DNA from: Candidatus Micrarchaeota archaeon
Lineage (GTDB): Archaea; Micrarchaeota; Micrarchaeia; Anstonellales; Bilamarchaeaceae
Direction: 5' to 3'
DNA length: 64,000 nucleotides
NCBI GenBank assembly: GCA_016926175.1
Contig: JAFGPA010000024.1
Location: forward strand, 279 to 64,278
Shown here: positions 31,230-40,905 of the stretch, in pieces
How the letters are laid out: the number at the start of each line of letters is the position of its first letter
Numbering within the stretch: position 1 is the first letter of the stretch
Position numbers and translations under genes: made by a program
The notes under the pieces: generated by a model
What the model was told of the DNA's origin: nothing
The model's input: only the letters and a program-made list of their open reading frames with translations
Database searches by the model: none

Positions 31230-31859
31230 TCATTCACCTGATCCAGAAACAATTTTCATCGCCGATCCGAACTGCTGCTTCACCAGCCTTACAACCTCTC
31301 CATAGGGCATCTGTACAGAATACTGCTGTGCAGTATCATCTGTTCCGCCAATTGATACATCCATCATTCTTTCCGGATCAACTTTTCCTGCAAAAACAAG
31401 ACCCGAAACCTGTTTTGCAGCCTGCTCGCTCATGAATGGACTGCATGTTCCGCCTTTCATATCATCCGGCAGTTTGAATGTGTGCTTTGCACGCTTTGCC
31501 TGCGCTCCTGAAATTCCAAAAGCCGTCAATGCCTTTGAATCAAGCTTTTCAGATGCAGCCCTGATTATTCCATAAGTGCGCGGAGCTATTCCCTGCTTTT
31601 CCTCCTCCCTGGTCTGCACATCAAAAAACGCTATTGTAAGTATCTGGTCCATTGAAAATCCAGTTGCTCTTGCCTTTGATTCACATTTGCCATCAGAAAC
31701 ATGGGTATGGACGAGTTTTGCCCTGCCAGCTAATACCATTGCTTCAAGATAAGGCAATTTTGCAAGCCTTGAAGAGGTTTCAAATGAATAGGCCTCCGGC
31801 GCCTTTTCTTTGAATCCATCTTTTTGTGGTCTGATGACTCTTGCTGTGGACAAATACAT
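31230..31859 (-). CDS. Hypothetical protein, possibly a divergent YbaK/ProX-type domain
   Basis: GGTCSPF resembles the GxxxP loop; its stop abuts the asnA start. Confidence 0.5.
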   Translation of the reverse strand: MYLSTARVIRPQKDGFKEKAPEAYSFETSSRLAKLPYLEAMVLAGRAKLVHTHVSDGKCESKARATGFSMDQILTIAFFDVQTREEEKQGIAPRTYGIIRAASEKLDSKALTAFGISGAQAKRAKHTFKLPDDMKGGTCSPFMSEQAAKQVSGLVFAGKVDPERMMDVSIGGTDDTAQQYSVQMPYGEVVRLVKQQFGSAMKIVSGSGE

Positions 31860-31905
31860 GTTATTGTTGTTATTTTCATTATATATAAACTTTAGCTGGA
31901 AAAAT

Positions 31906-31961
31906 CCGGAAATTTTCCAAAAAAAACCGGACTATTAATGAAATCTCCGGATATTATCCGG
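31906..31961. promoter_or_regulatory. Putative Lrp operator array, copy 1
   Basis: CCGGAAATTTTCCAA (31906), CCGGACTATTAATGA (31927), palindrome CCGGATATTATCCGG (31947). Confidence 0.7.
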
Positions 31962-31987
31962 CATTATGTCATTTTATCTCGATAAAA

Positions 31988-33112
31988 TCAGGCAACAAAT
32001 TCCTGCAGTATATCTATGAGCTCAAGATAGCTGTTTTTGGATACCCATTCACTGCATGAATGTTCTCCGTCTCCTATAGGTCCGAATGAAATCACCGGTA
32101 TGCCCTGCATTGCAATAAGATTCTCATCGGCAACCGACATTCCGGCATTGTAATTTGCCGGAACCCCAAACTTCCTCTCTATTATTGAAGCCAGTCTTCT
32201 TACTCCGGGATGCTCCTTTTTCGTAAGATAAGGCAGCAGATATGGAACATCCCTTTTTCTTATATTAACTTCCGGCTTTTTCATCTGGTTTCTTAGGAGC
32301 CCCGCAGAATGCATGGAATCCATTGTTTTTCTGAGTCCATCAAGTGCACTTTCTATTGTTTCTCCTGATACGAGATGCCTGCTTACCACCATGTCTGCAC
32401 TGTCAGGAACAGAAAGTGAATTGCTTTCAGCGCTTATCTTCCTGACGAAAATATCCCCTCTGCCCATGAAAGGGTCGGATGGCAGTCCGGAGTTCATTTT
32501 TTCAATTTCAATTGCAATTGCCGATGCCTCAGTTATCGCAGATATCCCTCTCTCAAGATGGGCTGCATGAAAGCCTTTTCCATGAACTGCAATTGCGTAT
32601 TCGCTTCTTCCCCTCCTCCCGAGAGTTATTGTCCTGGTGTGCCCTGCCATCTCATGAACATCTGATATTTCGGGCACAATAACAAATTCCACATTATCAA
32701 GGAATCCAGATTTTATTGCCTGGTAACATCCCAGTGATTCATTCTCCTCATCACTTACAAACATTATTTTGACCGGCCGGGCTGTTTTTTCTGCTGCCTT
32801 TACAATGGCGGCTATCCCTGCTTTCATGTCATAGGCACCAAGCCCGTAAAGTTTTCCGTCCATTTCTTCAAGTTTTAGCGGATCTCTTTCATAATTATGA
32901 GGCGGTACAGTGTCCATATGGCCTGCCAGCAGAACCGGCCTTCCTTCCCCTTTTTCTGCAAGAACATTGTATCTGCCTGGCTGAAATTCCTGAAGCTCAA
33001 CAGCAAATCCGGCACCTTCAAGCTGAGCTGCAAGGAAATGGGCGAGTTCGGCTTCTCCTGGAAATACTGAATCAATGCTGACGATTTTACTTAAAAGTTC
33101 TATTGGTTCCAC
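31988..33112 (-). CDS. M20 family metallopeptidase/deacylase (ArgE/DapE-like)
   Basis: GHMDTV, GLGAYDMKAG, DEE, PE, GKGFHAA, C-terminal H...EW. Confidence 0.9.
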   Translation of the reverse strand: MEPIELLSKIVSIDSVFPGEAELAHFLAAQLEGAGFAVELQEFQPGRYNVLAEKGEGRPVLLAGHMDTVPPHNYERDPLKLEEMDGKLYGLGAYDMKAGIAAIVKAAEKTARPVKIMFVSDEENESLGCYQAIKSGFLDNVEFVIVPEISDVHEMAGHTRTITLGRRGRSEYAIAVHGKGFHAAHLERGISAITEASAIAIEIEKMNSGLPSDPFMGRGDIFVRKISAESNSLSVPDSADMVVSRHLVSGETIESALDGLRKTMDSMHSAGLLRNQMKKPEVNIRKRDVPYLLPYLTKKEHPGVRRLASIIERKFGVPANYNAGMSVADENLIAMQGIPVISFGPIGDGEHSCSEWVSKNSYLELIDILQEFVA

Positions 33113-34107
33113 AGCTGTTCCCTGCCATTTCCTGGTGTATGAACCCAGACATTCAGGTTTTCATATTCTCCCTGTTCCTTGAAATCCCTGTCGCTTTCAA
33201 GGACGCAATGCTTTGGCAGGGTTCCGCAGTATTTCATCCCTGCTTTTTTTGAGGATCTGTTGACCGGTGTCCATGCTGCCCGGTCTTCTGCATAGATTAT
33301 GGCTTCATACCCCTTCTCCATCCTTCTAATGGTCTTTATTGCTTCCATCTGCATGAGTGTTATCAGCCCGTTTCCCCTATGGTCTTTTCTTGTTGCATAA
33401 TCGCTTAGCTCGAAAAGGTCAACCTTTATCTTTCCGCCATTGATAAAAAGCTGGCAGTGCTCTGCAATAAGCGCTGAAACAATATCTGCATTTCCGTAGC
33501 GCCCAACGATCACTATGTTGCCGTTATTGAGCATGCCCTTTACAGAATCCTCTGTAATTTCAAAAGTATACTTCTGGTATGCCTCGTTGTAGAGATATAG
33601 CAAGTCATCAGCATCCTTTTGTTCCGACCCTGAGAGCCTTGATATTGCATATCCGTTTTTTTCAACTCTTTCCATTGCATCACGGTAATTCACCGGCGGT
33701 ATGGACTGAAGTGCATCTATCCCCTGAAGCTCCTGCCGGAGAACTACGGGATCAGGCATTCTCTCACAGCTGTTCCCTCCAAGATATACCATTTCACATC
33801 CTTTGAGGGCGTTGCCTGCATCAAATCTTGCTTCAATTTCAAGGCCGTGTTCCCCAAGTTTTCCTTTCAGATCTTCTACAAGTCCCTTTGCCGCGAAAGC
33901 CCTTATGGTTGTTCTTGTATGGCCATTTGATTTTGCCTTTGTATTCTTTATCTGGTTCAGCATGGCAAATGCATGAAGCTGGCTGTCCAGAATATAAGAG
34001 CAAACCCCCTTTACCCTGTTGTTGTGGCTATCATATATTGGCGGCCATACTGCGCCCACAGAGCCTGCCTTTGCCTTTCTTTCAATTATTGCCTCTCCCA
34101 ATGCCAT
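33100..34107 (-). CDS. GNAT acetyltransferase with an AblB-like C-terminal domain
   Basis: ELSDYAT..DHRGNG acetyl-CoA motif; RA.....N....KAGM.Y.GTL..HC; YENLNVW. Confidence 0.62.
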   Translation of the reverse strand: MALGEAIIERKAKAGSVGAVWPPIYDSHNNRVKGVCSYILDSQLHAFAMLNQIKNTKAKSNGHTRTTIRAFAAKGLVEDLKGKLGEHGLEIEARFDAGNALKGCEMVYLGGNSCERMPDPVVLRQELQGIDALQSIPPVNYRDAMERVEKNGYAISRLSGSEQKDADDLLYLYNEAYQKYTFEITEDSVKGMLNNGNIVIVGRYGNADIVSALIAEHCQLFINGGKIKVDLFELSDYATRKDHRGNGLITLMQMEAIKTIRRMEKGYEAIIYAEDRAAWTPVNRSSKKAGMKYCGTLPKHCVLESDRDFKEQGEYENLNVWVHTPGNGREQLWNQ

Positions 34108-34255
34108 TTTACCACCTATGGCAGCATCTAAGCTGCCTTTTATATTGTTATTATCAATGAACTATTTTTAAATATATCGTAGAAATTATTCGAATCTCAT
34201 AATTTTTTATGAATTCTTTTTCGAATTTCGTATAACCCAATTTAACTGCCTTTTT

Positions 34256-34311
34256 CCGGATTTTTTCCAAAAAACGATGGATTTTTAAATAGTTTTCCGG
34301 ATATTATCCAA
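34256..34311. promoter_or_regulatory. Putative Lrp operator array, copy 2, overlapping the lrp promoter
   Basis: CCGGATTTTTTCCAA (34256) and CCGGATATTATCCAA (34297); same 41-bp spacing as copy 1. Confidence 0.7.
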
Positions 34312-34313
34312 TA

Positions 34314-34769
34314 GTGGACTTTCCTCACCTCGACCAGAAAGATCAGGATATCCTCCATGCACTGCAAAAAGACTCCCGAAAAACAGTTGCAGAGCTTTCC
34401 AATGAACTCGGCATTCCCCGTGCCACGGTGCATGAGCGTATCGTGAAACTGCGGAAAACAGGCGTGATAAAGCGCTTTACAATCGAACAGGACTATGGCC
34501 GGACAGGCAAGCCCACAATGGCTTTTGTTTTTGCGTCCTACGACAGGAATGCACACATTGATCAGCACCAGCTTGCCAAAAAGGTTTCCCAGGTTGGAGG
34601 GGTCCTTGGAGTGTATGTGGTGTCAGGCGAATGGGATCTTCTTATAAAGGTTCGGGGCAAATCCATTGAGCATATAGGAACCCTGATTGTCGATGAAATA
34701 AGAAGACTGCCCGGAATATTCAAGACTCATTCCATAGCATGCTTCGAGGCTGTGAAGGACGACATATGA
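34314..34769 (+). CDS. Lrp/AsnC family regulator
   Basis: LD..D..IL..LQ.DSR, HTH, VSGEWDLLIKV. Confidence 0.94.
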   Translation: MDFPHLDQKDQDILHALQKDSRKTVAELSNELGIPRATVHERIVKLRKTGVIKRFTIEQDYGRTGKPTMAFVFASYDRNAHIDQHQLAKKVSQVGGVLGVYVVSGEWDLLIKVRGKSIEHIGTLIVDEIRRLPGIFKTHSIACFEAVKDDI

Positions 34770-34791
34770 CAATTCAGATAAAAGGGATATC

Positions 34792-35172
34792 ATGGGAAAT
34801 CCGGCATTGAAAATGAAACCAGAAACGCGAAATCCAAATTCTGCCTCCTGCATTTCAGAAGCAATGATAAAGGCTTTCAAAAACCTGCTCAGGAAATCTG
34901 AACATGGGGCTGTTATGAAGCTGCCCAATTTCCAGGATCCGTCAGGAATTTCAAGCTACCATCTACAGAGCGATGATGCAAGAAAAACAGAGAAACATCT
35001 TATCAGCTTTGCGAACTCCATGGTTGAAATTGCAAATCACCATGAACTTTCTGAAATGAGAAGCCTGCTTTCAGAAAGCGTGCTTTTAACATGCGAGAAT
35101 TCCTATCAGCACCGGGAGCTGAAAGACATTGTTTTTGGGCATCCGGAAAAAACCCGCTTCTCCGGCCAGTAA
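34792..35172 (+). CDS. Hypothetical protein
   Basis: 126-aa ORF between two Lrp genes; no recognised motif. Confidence 0.5.
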   Translation: MGNPALKMKPETRNPNSASCISEAMIKAFKNLLRKSEHGAVMKLPNFQDPSGISSYHLQSDDARKTEKHLISFANSMVEIANHHELSEMRSLLSESVLLTCENSYQHRELKDIVFGHPEKTRFSGQ

Positions 35173-35202
35173 CTTAATTAATCTTGTCCTGGATTTCAAA
35201 AT

Positions 35203-35607
35203 ATGGATGAAACCGACAATAAAATTCTTGCCATTCTCAGGGAAAACTCAAGGACATCCAATATTGAAATCTCCAAAAGGGTTGGCCTTACAGAAGGTGC
35301 GGTAAGATCCAGAATCAAAAAATTAACAGAAGACGGCATCATAAAAAAATTTACCATAAAAATAGCAGAGCAGTCTGCAATCAATGCAGTGGTGCTTCTC
35401 AAGGCCAAAAAAGAAACAAAGAAAATGATGGAAGATGTCTCGGCCCTTGGCATCCATCAGGATGCATATGAAATTTCCGGCGAATTCGACGGCTGCATAA
35501 TACTTTTTGCATCTTCAATGGAAAAGCTGGATGAAAAAATAGACCGGATAAGAAATCTGCCTTCGGTTTCAAACACCCAAACCTTTATCTCTTTCCGCCA
35601 TTACTGA
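35203..35607 (+). CDS. Lrp/AsnC family regulator (LysM-like)
   Basis: MDETD.KIL.IL.ENSRTS, LTEGAVR.RI, ISGEFD, IDRIR. Confidence 0.92.
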   Translation: MDETDNKILAILRENSRTSNIEISKRVGLTEGAVRSRIKKLTEDGIIKKFTIKIAEQSAINAVVLLKAKKETKKMMEDVSALGIHQDAYEISGEFDGCIILFASSMEKLDEKIDRIRNLPSVSNTQTFISFRHY

Positions 35608-36976
35608 AGAACTCATTATATATGGCCCTTGCAGTTGTCAATCCATCTCCTTCCTTGGCCCACAGGGTCTTGGTAATGCCAAACTGCTGCTGTATCGGAA
35701 CATCAACATCGGCACTTTCCACTGCCTGGAGTATCCTTCTTCCTGCATCCCTTATCCAGCTGAGGCCCTGGCCTACAACAGCAATCGTACTCAGCCTGTG
35801 CGTCATAATGTCCTGAGGCATGATTTTCATTCTCAATGTCTGGACAACATCGGATATTGAAAGCCCGGCCTTCTGGATATTCTCTTCTTTTACAATTATG
35901 ATCATCCTGTTGGTTGATCCCAGAGGAGCTTCAATAGAGATTCCTGTTCCCATTGAAGCGAACATCCCTGCAAGGTTTTCAAGGAATCCGACAAGGTTTG
36001 CAATTCCGGGCTTGTTTATCTCGAATCCTACAAAATGGCCTCTATGAACTATCCCTGTTACTGCATTGCCTTCTTTTCCTCTTTGCGGAAGAACATAAGT
36101 GCCATCAGAATCCTCGTTGAATGTATTGAGCACCTGAGTCCCTATCCTGTGATTCAACAAGGGAACTGTTGCCGCATACTGGAAAACGCCAAACTTGCCA
36201 CCCAGAGTCAGCTCAGTCAGCTCATTATGCGTCATGGTGCTGATCAGGGGGGCATTTGATGCAACCTCAGGCTCAACCGCAAATATGCCATCTACATCAG
36301 TGAAATTCTGGTAAAGGCCTGCGCCCAGTGCAGCTGCAATAATTGCTCCGCTGTAATCGCTTCCTCCACGTTCAAATGTCTGTATCCTTCCTTCACCGTC
36401 ATATCCATAGAATCCTGGCAGTACAACCCGGTATCCTTCATCAACATACCTGAGAATATTTTTCTTTATTTCTTCAAACTGGCGTTCCGGAACAATATAT
36501 CTTCCTCCTTCCAGCTCCAGCATCATTGCGGCATCTTTAGGTTCGAGGAATATTGCCTTCATGCCGTGTGAACTCAAAACTTCTGCAAACAGCGGGCCAT
36601 TGAAATATTCACCTGCAGAGTCAATGGCAGGGCCCTGACCCTGTTCAAGCCTTGTTGCAAGATACTCTCTTATCTTCGGGCTGATGACAGGTTCTATTCC
36701 AAGGCCTTCTTCAAGCATTGCAAATCTTTTTTCAATTGCAGTTACCTCTTCTTCCACAAGGCCTTCCTTTTTTATCCTGATCAGCCGGTCAGTCATCTTT
36801 ATCCTGTCTGCTCCGGATTTTCCTGAAGGGTCATTCAGTTTATTTATTTTTCCGGGAGCAGATACCACTACCACCCGCGCGTCATTATTTTTCCGAAGCC
36901 TTCCTGCCACCATTCTCATACTGTCCGCTGTTGCTACCGAAGTACCGCCAAATTTTGCAACTGTTAAACTGCCCAT
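35585..36976 (-). CDS. lysC: Aspartate kinase
   Basis: KFGGTSVA, VVVSAPG, PGFYG, RGGSDYSG, TDVDGI; C-terminal ACT-like region. Confidence 0.9.
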   Translation of the reverse strand: MGSLTVAKFGGTSVATADSMRMVAGRLRKNNDARVVVVSAPGKINKLNDPSGKSGADRIKMTDRLIRIKKEGLVEEEVTAIEKRFAMLEEGLGIEPVISPKIREYLATRLEQGQGPAIDSAGEYFNGPLFAEVLSSHGMKAIFLEPKDAAMMLELEGGRYIVPERQFEEIKKNILRYVDEGYRVVLPGFYGYDGEGRIQTFERGGSDYSGAIIAAALGAGLYQNFTDVDGIFAVEPEVASNAPLISTMTHNELTELTLGGKFGVFQYAATVPLLNHRIGTQVLNTFNEDSDGTYVLPQRGKEGNAVTGIVHRGHFVGFEINKPGIANLVGFLENLAGMFASMGTGISIEAPLGSTNRMIIIVKEENIQKAGLSISDVVQTLRMKIMPQDIMTHRLSTIAVVGQGLSWIRDAGRRILQAVESADVDVPIQQQFGITKTLWAKEGDGLTTARAIYNEFFSNGGKR

Positions 36977-37072
36977 TTAATATTCACCTCTTGTAACCGT
37001 TTTTATTTTACGAAATAATTAAAAATTAATGCTTTAAACTGCGATTTTCGTAAATAAAAAAATAAGTAAAAA

Positions 37073-38644
37073 TTACTGCATGCTCCCGAGAAGTATTTTT
37101 CTCATCTCAATAGGTTCAAGCCCTTTCAGAGCCTTGATTGCAAACTCAAGCTTTGCTTCGCTTTCTGCATAAATTGTGAACAGCTTATCCCCTGCCTTTA
37201 CACGGTTGCCGCGCAGAGCATGGAGATAAATCCCTGCTCCGCTGTCTCTCGGAGATCCTGCAATTCTTGCAATCTTTGACATTGTCTTATTGTCAATGTG
37301 ATAGATATGGCCTGCCAGCTCAGAAGTTACATCGTATGTGTATTCCCCGGGCTGGATATCGGTTGCCTTTATCTTAGGATTGCCTCCCTGAAGTTCAATA
37401 ATTTCCCTGAATTTTTTCAGCGCCTTTCCGTTTTCAATCAGCTTTTCCGCATTTTTGTATCCGGTGCCTTTAGGGCATTTTCCGCATAGCTCGAGAAGTT
37501 TTCCTGACATCAGAATGCTCTTGTGTCTGAGATCATCCGGTCCCCTGCCTTCCAGCACTTCAAGTACATCTATGCATTCCAGTACAGGCCCTATGCCGTT
37601 TCCGATAGGCTCTGCGCCGTCTGTTATCAATGCCTCGATATTCATTCCAAGTTTTTCTCCTATCCTTATGAAATGCCTTGCAAGCTCATTGCCTCTTTCC
37701 ACATAAGGAATCTTTACTCCGCGGCCTACTGGAATATCAATAAGTACATGCTCAGCACCCACGCTTTTTTTCTTTCCAAGTATGCTTGCCAGGAGCATTC
37801 CTTCAGGATCAAGGCTCAGGGGGTGCCTTATTTTTATGAGTTTATCGTCAACAGGTGCAAGCTCCATTCCTCCTCCCCAGACTATTGCCCCCTTTGCCTT
37901 CAGTACCATCTTTTTTACTTCATCAACGTCAAAAATAACATCTGCCAGCACTTCCATGGTGTCAGCAGTTCCTGCTGCAGATGTGATCGATCTGGATGAT
38001 GTTTTTGGTATATATGCTCCTGCTGCGGCAATTATGGGTACAATAACCATGGTGGTTCTGTTTCCTGCAACTCCTCCAATGCAATGCTTGTCAACAACCG
38101 GCTTTTTCCCAAGATCCAGATGCTCTCCGGAATCATATGTTGCCATTGTCAGTGAAACAACCTCATCATCCGTGAATCCGTTTATGTATGCGGCAGCAAC
38201 CCACGCGGCTGCAGAAACCTCTCCCAGCCTGTCATCCATTATATCATCCACAATGGTCCGTACCTCCTCTTCATTAAGAGATTCCTTGTCCAGCTTTTTC
38301 TTTATGTATCCGAGTGATTTTGGCCTGTCCATGTGCACAATCTCAATTTTCTGCCCGGCCTTTACTTTCATCTCCTTCATGACGTCATTGTAAAGTCCTA
38401 TGTGGCCTGCCTTTATCATTTCATTGCTGACATCCACAATGGCTATCAGGCTTTTGTTTCCTATACGCACTTCTGTTCTGTATCCCGAATAAATATCGTG
38501 CTCCTTTGCCTCGTCCTCATTCAGTACGATTATGTTCTTTCCTGCAAAAATATCTATTGGCTGCACTTTGCACACATATTTTTTAATCTTCCAGACATCC
38601 ACTTTCTTCATTTCCTTTTCTACAAAATTATTTCTTGTCATCAT
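37073..38644 (-). CDS. AMP phosphorylase
   Basis: Archaeal N-terminal domain, DKHCIGGVAGNRTT, PKTSSRSITSAAGTAD, RHPLSLDP. Confidence 0.95.
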   Translation of the reverse strand: MMTRNNFVEKEMKKVDVWKIKKYVCKVQPIDIFAGKNIIVLNEDEAKEHDIYSGYRTEVRIGNKSLIAIVDVSNEMIKAGHIGLYNDVMKEMKVKAGQKIEIVHMDRPKSLGYIKKKLDKESLNEEEVRTIVDDIMDDRLGEVSAAAWVAAAYINGFTDDEVVSLTMATYDSGEHLDLGKKPVVDKHCIGGVAGNRTTMVIVPIIAAAGAYIPKTSSRSITSAAGTADTMEVLADVIFDVDEVKKMVLKAKGAIVWGGGMELAPVDDKLIKIRHPLSLDPEGMLLASILGKKKSVGAEHVLIDIPVGRGVKIPYVERGNELARHFIRIGEKLGMNIEALITDGAEPIGNGIGPVLECIDVLEVLEGRGPDDLRHKSILMSGKLLELCGKCPKGTGYKNAEKLIENGKALKKFREIIELQGGNPKIKATDIQPGEYTYDVTSELAGHIYHIDNKTMSKIARIAGSPRDSGAGIYLHALRGNRVKAGDKLFTIYAESEAKLEFAIKALKGLEPIEMRKILLGSMQ

Positions 38645-38645
38645 T

Positions 38646-39569
38646 TCACCTGTAAATCCTTATCCCCAGTTTTTCTGTTGCCACAGCAAAGAATGATTGC
38701 GAGGGTATTACGCCTGCCTCGGTTATGAACCCGTTTATGTATTTTGCTGCAGTTGCCTCAAACGCAGGATTCCTTATCTTCACTTTTTTCGGAGGGGTTT
38801 CCCATACTTCTTCAAGGTTTCGCTCTTCTATCTTTTCCCTTGTGCCGAACATTGTTTCCGGGCTGTATTTGCTCAGCTCTGCTGCACAATAGAATGAAAC
38901 GTCATTAAGCCTTGCAATATGCGCCAGTGCGGAAGTTCCGATCTTGTTTATCAGGTCGCCCCTTGAAGTTATTGAATCGGCCCCGACCAGAACAATGTCC
39001 GCTTTTTTCATGAAAAGGCTCATGGCACCGTCCACAGCCAGTGTCACATCAATTCCTGCACTTGCAAGCGTTTCCGCAGTTTTTCTTCCCTGGTATCTTG
39101 GCCTTGTTTCAAATGAAATCACAGTAAATTTTTTCTTCATTTTTTTTGCCTTTATAAGAATTCTCGTAACTGTGGACGAATGGCAGTGGGTGAGCACCAG
39201 TGCATTGTCAGGAATCAGCTTGGCTCCGTATACCGCAATCTTTTCCGCATCATTATCCATATTCCTGATCAGGACATTTACCTGAAGGATTATTTTTTTC
39301 CTGAGCCTTGTGAGCTCCAGGTTCTTGTCTTTATCAGCCATTGCGACTGACTTGTTCAGGAGATTTCTCATCATGGGTTCTGTCGGCCTGCTTTCAGAAA
39401 GCTCATCCGCAGTTTTCCTGAATTCATTTACAAATGTTTTTGCGTCTTTTGCCCTGCTTTCTTTTGTGAATATGACCAGTGCTTCCAGAGCTGCCCTGGC
39501 AACGTTCCTGGCACCCTGTATCTTCAGGGATTTTATGTCAGCTATTATTTTTTTTATCTTATTGCCCAT
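38646..39569 (-). CDS. Ribose-1,5-bisphosphate isomerase (eIF2B family)
   Basis: IQGA..VA, SRPTEP, THCHSS, ETRPRYQG, GAD, NKIGT, NPAF; directly upstream of AMP phosphorylase. Confidence 0.88.
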   Translation of the reverse strand: MGNKIKKIIADIKSLKIQGARNVARAALEALVIFTKESRAKDAKTFVNEFRKTADELSESRPTEPMMRNLLNKSVAMADKDKNLELTRLRKKIILQVNVLIRNMDNDAEKIAVYGAKLIPDNALVLTHCHSSTVTRILIKAKKMKKKFTVISFETRPRYQGRKTAETLASAGIDVTLAVDGAMSLFMKKADIVLVGADSITSRGDLINKIGTSALAHIARLNDVSFYCAAELSKYSPETMFGTREKIEERNLEEVWETPPKKVKIRNPAFEATAAKYINGFITEAGVIPSQSFFAVATEKLGIRIYR

Positions 39570-39659
39570 ACCATACTAACCAAGATTAGAAATATATATG
39601 TTAACCCTTGAGCAATCCCTCTTCTGCCCTTAAGAAATAAAAAAGTAAAAAAGGAAAAT

Positions 39660-39968
39660 TTATCCGAACAAGTTGGCGAGTCCAGCTGCTGCTTCCTCTT
39701 CCTTTTTGCCCTCATCTTCTTCTTTTTCTTCCTTTGCAGGTGCTGCGGCTGCCGGAGCTGCTACAGGTGCTGCAGCGGCCACTGTCGCCTGCTTCAGGAG
39801 ATCTTCGAAGTTGACATCCTTCACTGCATCTGCAAGAACTGATGCTTTTGCCTCGTCAGCAGTTGCACCGCTTGCCTTGATGACAGCTACAATATTTTCC
39901 TTTGTTACATCTTTTCCTGCACCGTGCAAAAGAAGCACTGCATGCAAATATGGATCTACCTTCATCAT
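39660..39968 (-). CDS. rpl12: 50S ribosomal protein L12 (aP1)
   Basis: Y.HA.LLLH.AG, Ala-rich hinge, EEEAAAGLANLFG. Confidence 0.96.
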   Translation of the reverse strand: MMKVDPYLHAVLLLHGAGKDVTKENIVAVIKASGATADEAKASVLADAVKDVNFEDLLKQATVAAAAPVAAPAAAAPAKEEKEEDEGKKEEEAAAGLANLFG

Positions 39969-39974
39969 AACACC

Positions 39975-40901
39975 TCATTTGTTTTCTGCAGTCGGGGTAT
40001 CCCCTCCTGCTTTTTCATCCGCCTTTGGCTTCTCCGGGAGAGATGCCTTTGGTTCCATGCCTTCAAGAGCCATGCTCTGCCTTAGGGCAGAGATGAGAAG
40101 CTGCTCCATATAGCCTGATGAATATACCTCTGCATTCAATGCAAAATTCATTGACTGCTGAACTGCCTCTCCAAGCAGCATGCTGATGTTCTGTGCTGTC
40201 GGATAGTTTGCATTCAATGACACATTGAGTGCCTGACTTAAGCTTTCCCTGAGATCTTCATTGACAGTGTCACCAAGATCCAGGACGTCTGCCGTGTAAA
40301 CATACTGCCCGTCAAATCCAAATATCATGTTTGCCATGATTTCGAATGGCTGTATGCCCAGCGACTGCAATGCCTTTACTTTTGGAGCGCTAAGCGCCTC
40401 GCCCGGCTTTGCAACAGTACTGTCCTTGTTCACGATGATTTTTCCTGCCTTGATCTGGACATTGATACCTCCTGCCTTAAGCTCTGAAAGGGCAGGTCCT
40501 GGAGGGAGGTCTGTTTCTCCTTCAGGAACAATTATTGCCTCTTTTGCAATATCCCCGATCTTTGCCGCCCTTTTCTTTCTGTTCTGCTTGAAGAATTTGT
40601 TGATCTGGTATGGAGTTTCGTTGGTAAGTATCAGTGCAACAGGCTTTTTGCATTCTGAAACATGATCCTTCAGTTTTTCATTGCTCTGGAGCACTCTTGA
40701 AATGACCGGCTTTTTCAGTACATACACCTTTCCTCCTCCATCCCTGATCTTTTTTCTCAGCTGCTGGAACAATGAATCCGGAAGTTTCCTGAGATCAAGA
40801 AGGGCAACTGTTTTGTATTTTTTCATATCATCTGATGCTTCCTTTACCTGCCTGATCTTTTCCTTTATAGTTTTCCTGTCAGTATCAATTATGTATGTCA
40901 T
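39975..40901 (-). CDS. rpl10: 50S ribosomal protein L10 (P0)
   Basis: AKIGDIA...I.VP.G.T.LPPGP.LSEL, LGIQP; position in L1-L10-L12. Confidence 0.95.
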   Translation of the reverse strand: MTYIIDTDRKTIKEKIRQVKEASDDMKKYKTVALLDLRKLPDSLFQQLRKKIRDGGGKVYVLKKPVISRVLQSNEKLKDHVSECKKPVALILTNETPYQINKFFKQNRKKRAAKIGDIAKEAIIVPEGETDLPPGPALSELKAGGINVQIKAGKIIVNKDSTVAKPGEALSAPKVKALQSLGIQPFEIMANMIFGFDGQYVYTADVLDLGDTVNEDLRESLSQALNVSLNANYPTAQNISMLLGEAVQQSMNFALNAEVYSSGYMEQLLISALRQSMALEGMEPKASLPEKPKADEKAGGDTPTAENK

Positions 40902-40905
40902 AGGA

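Noticed and set aside
33100..36976. Ectoine or N-acetyl-beta-lysine osmolyte operon
   Set aside because: No ectB/ectC or lysine 2,3-aminomutase in the window
38646..39569. Translation factor eIF2B subunit or methylthioribose-1-phosphate isomerase
   Set aside because: Coupling to AMP phosphorylase and the RPT/THC motifs favour R15P isomerase
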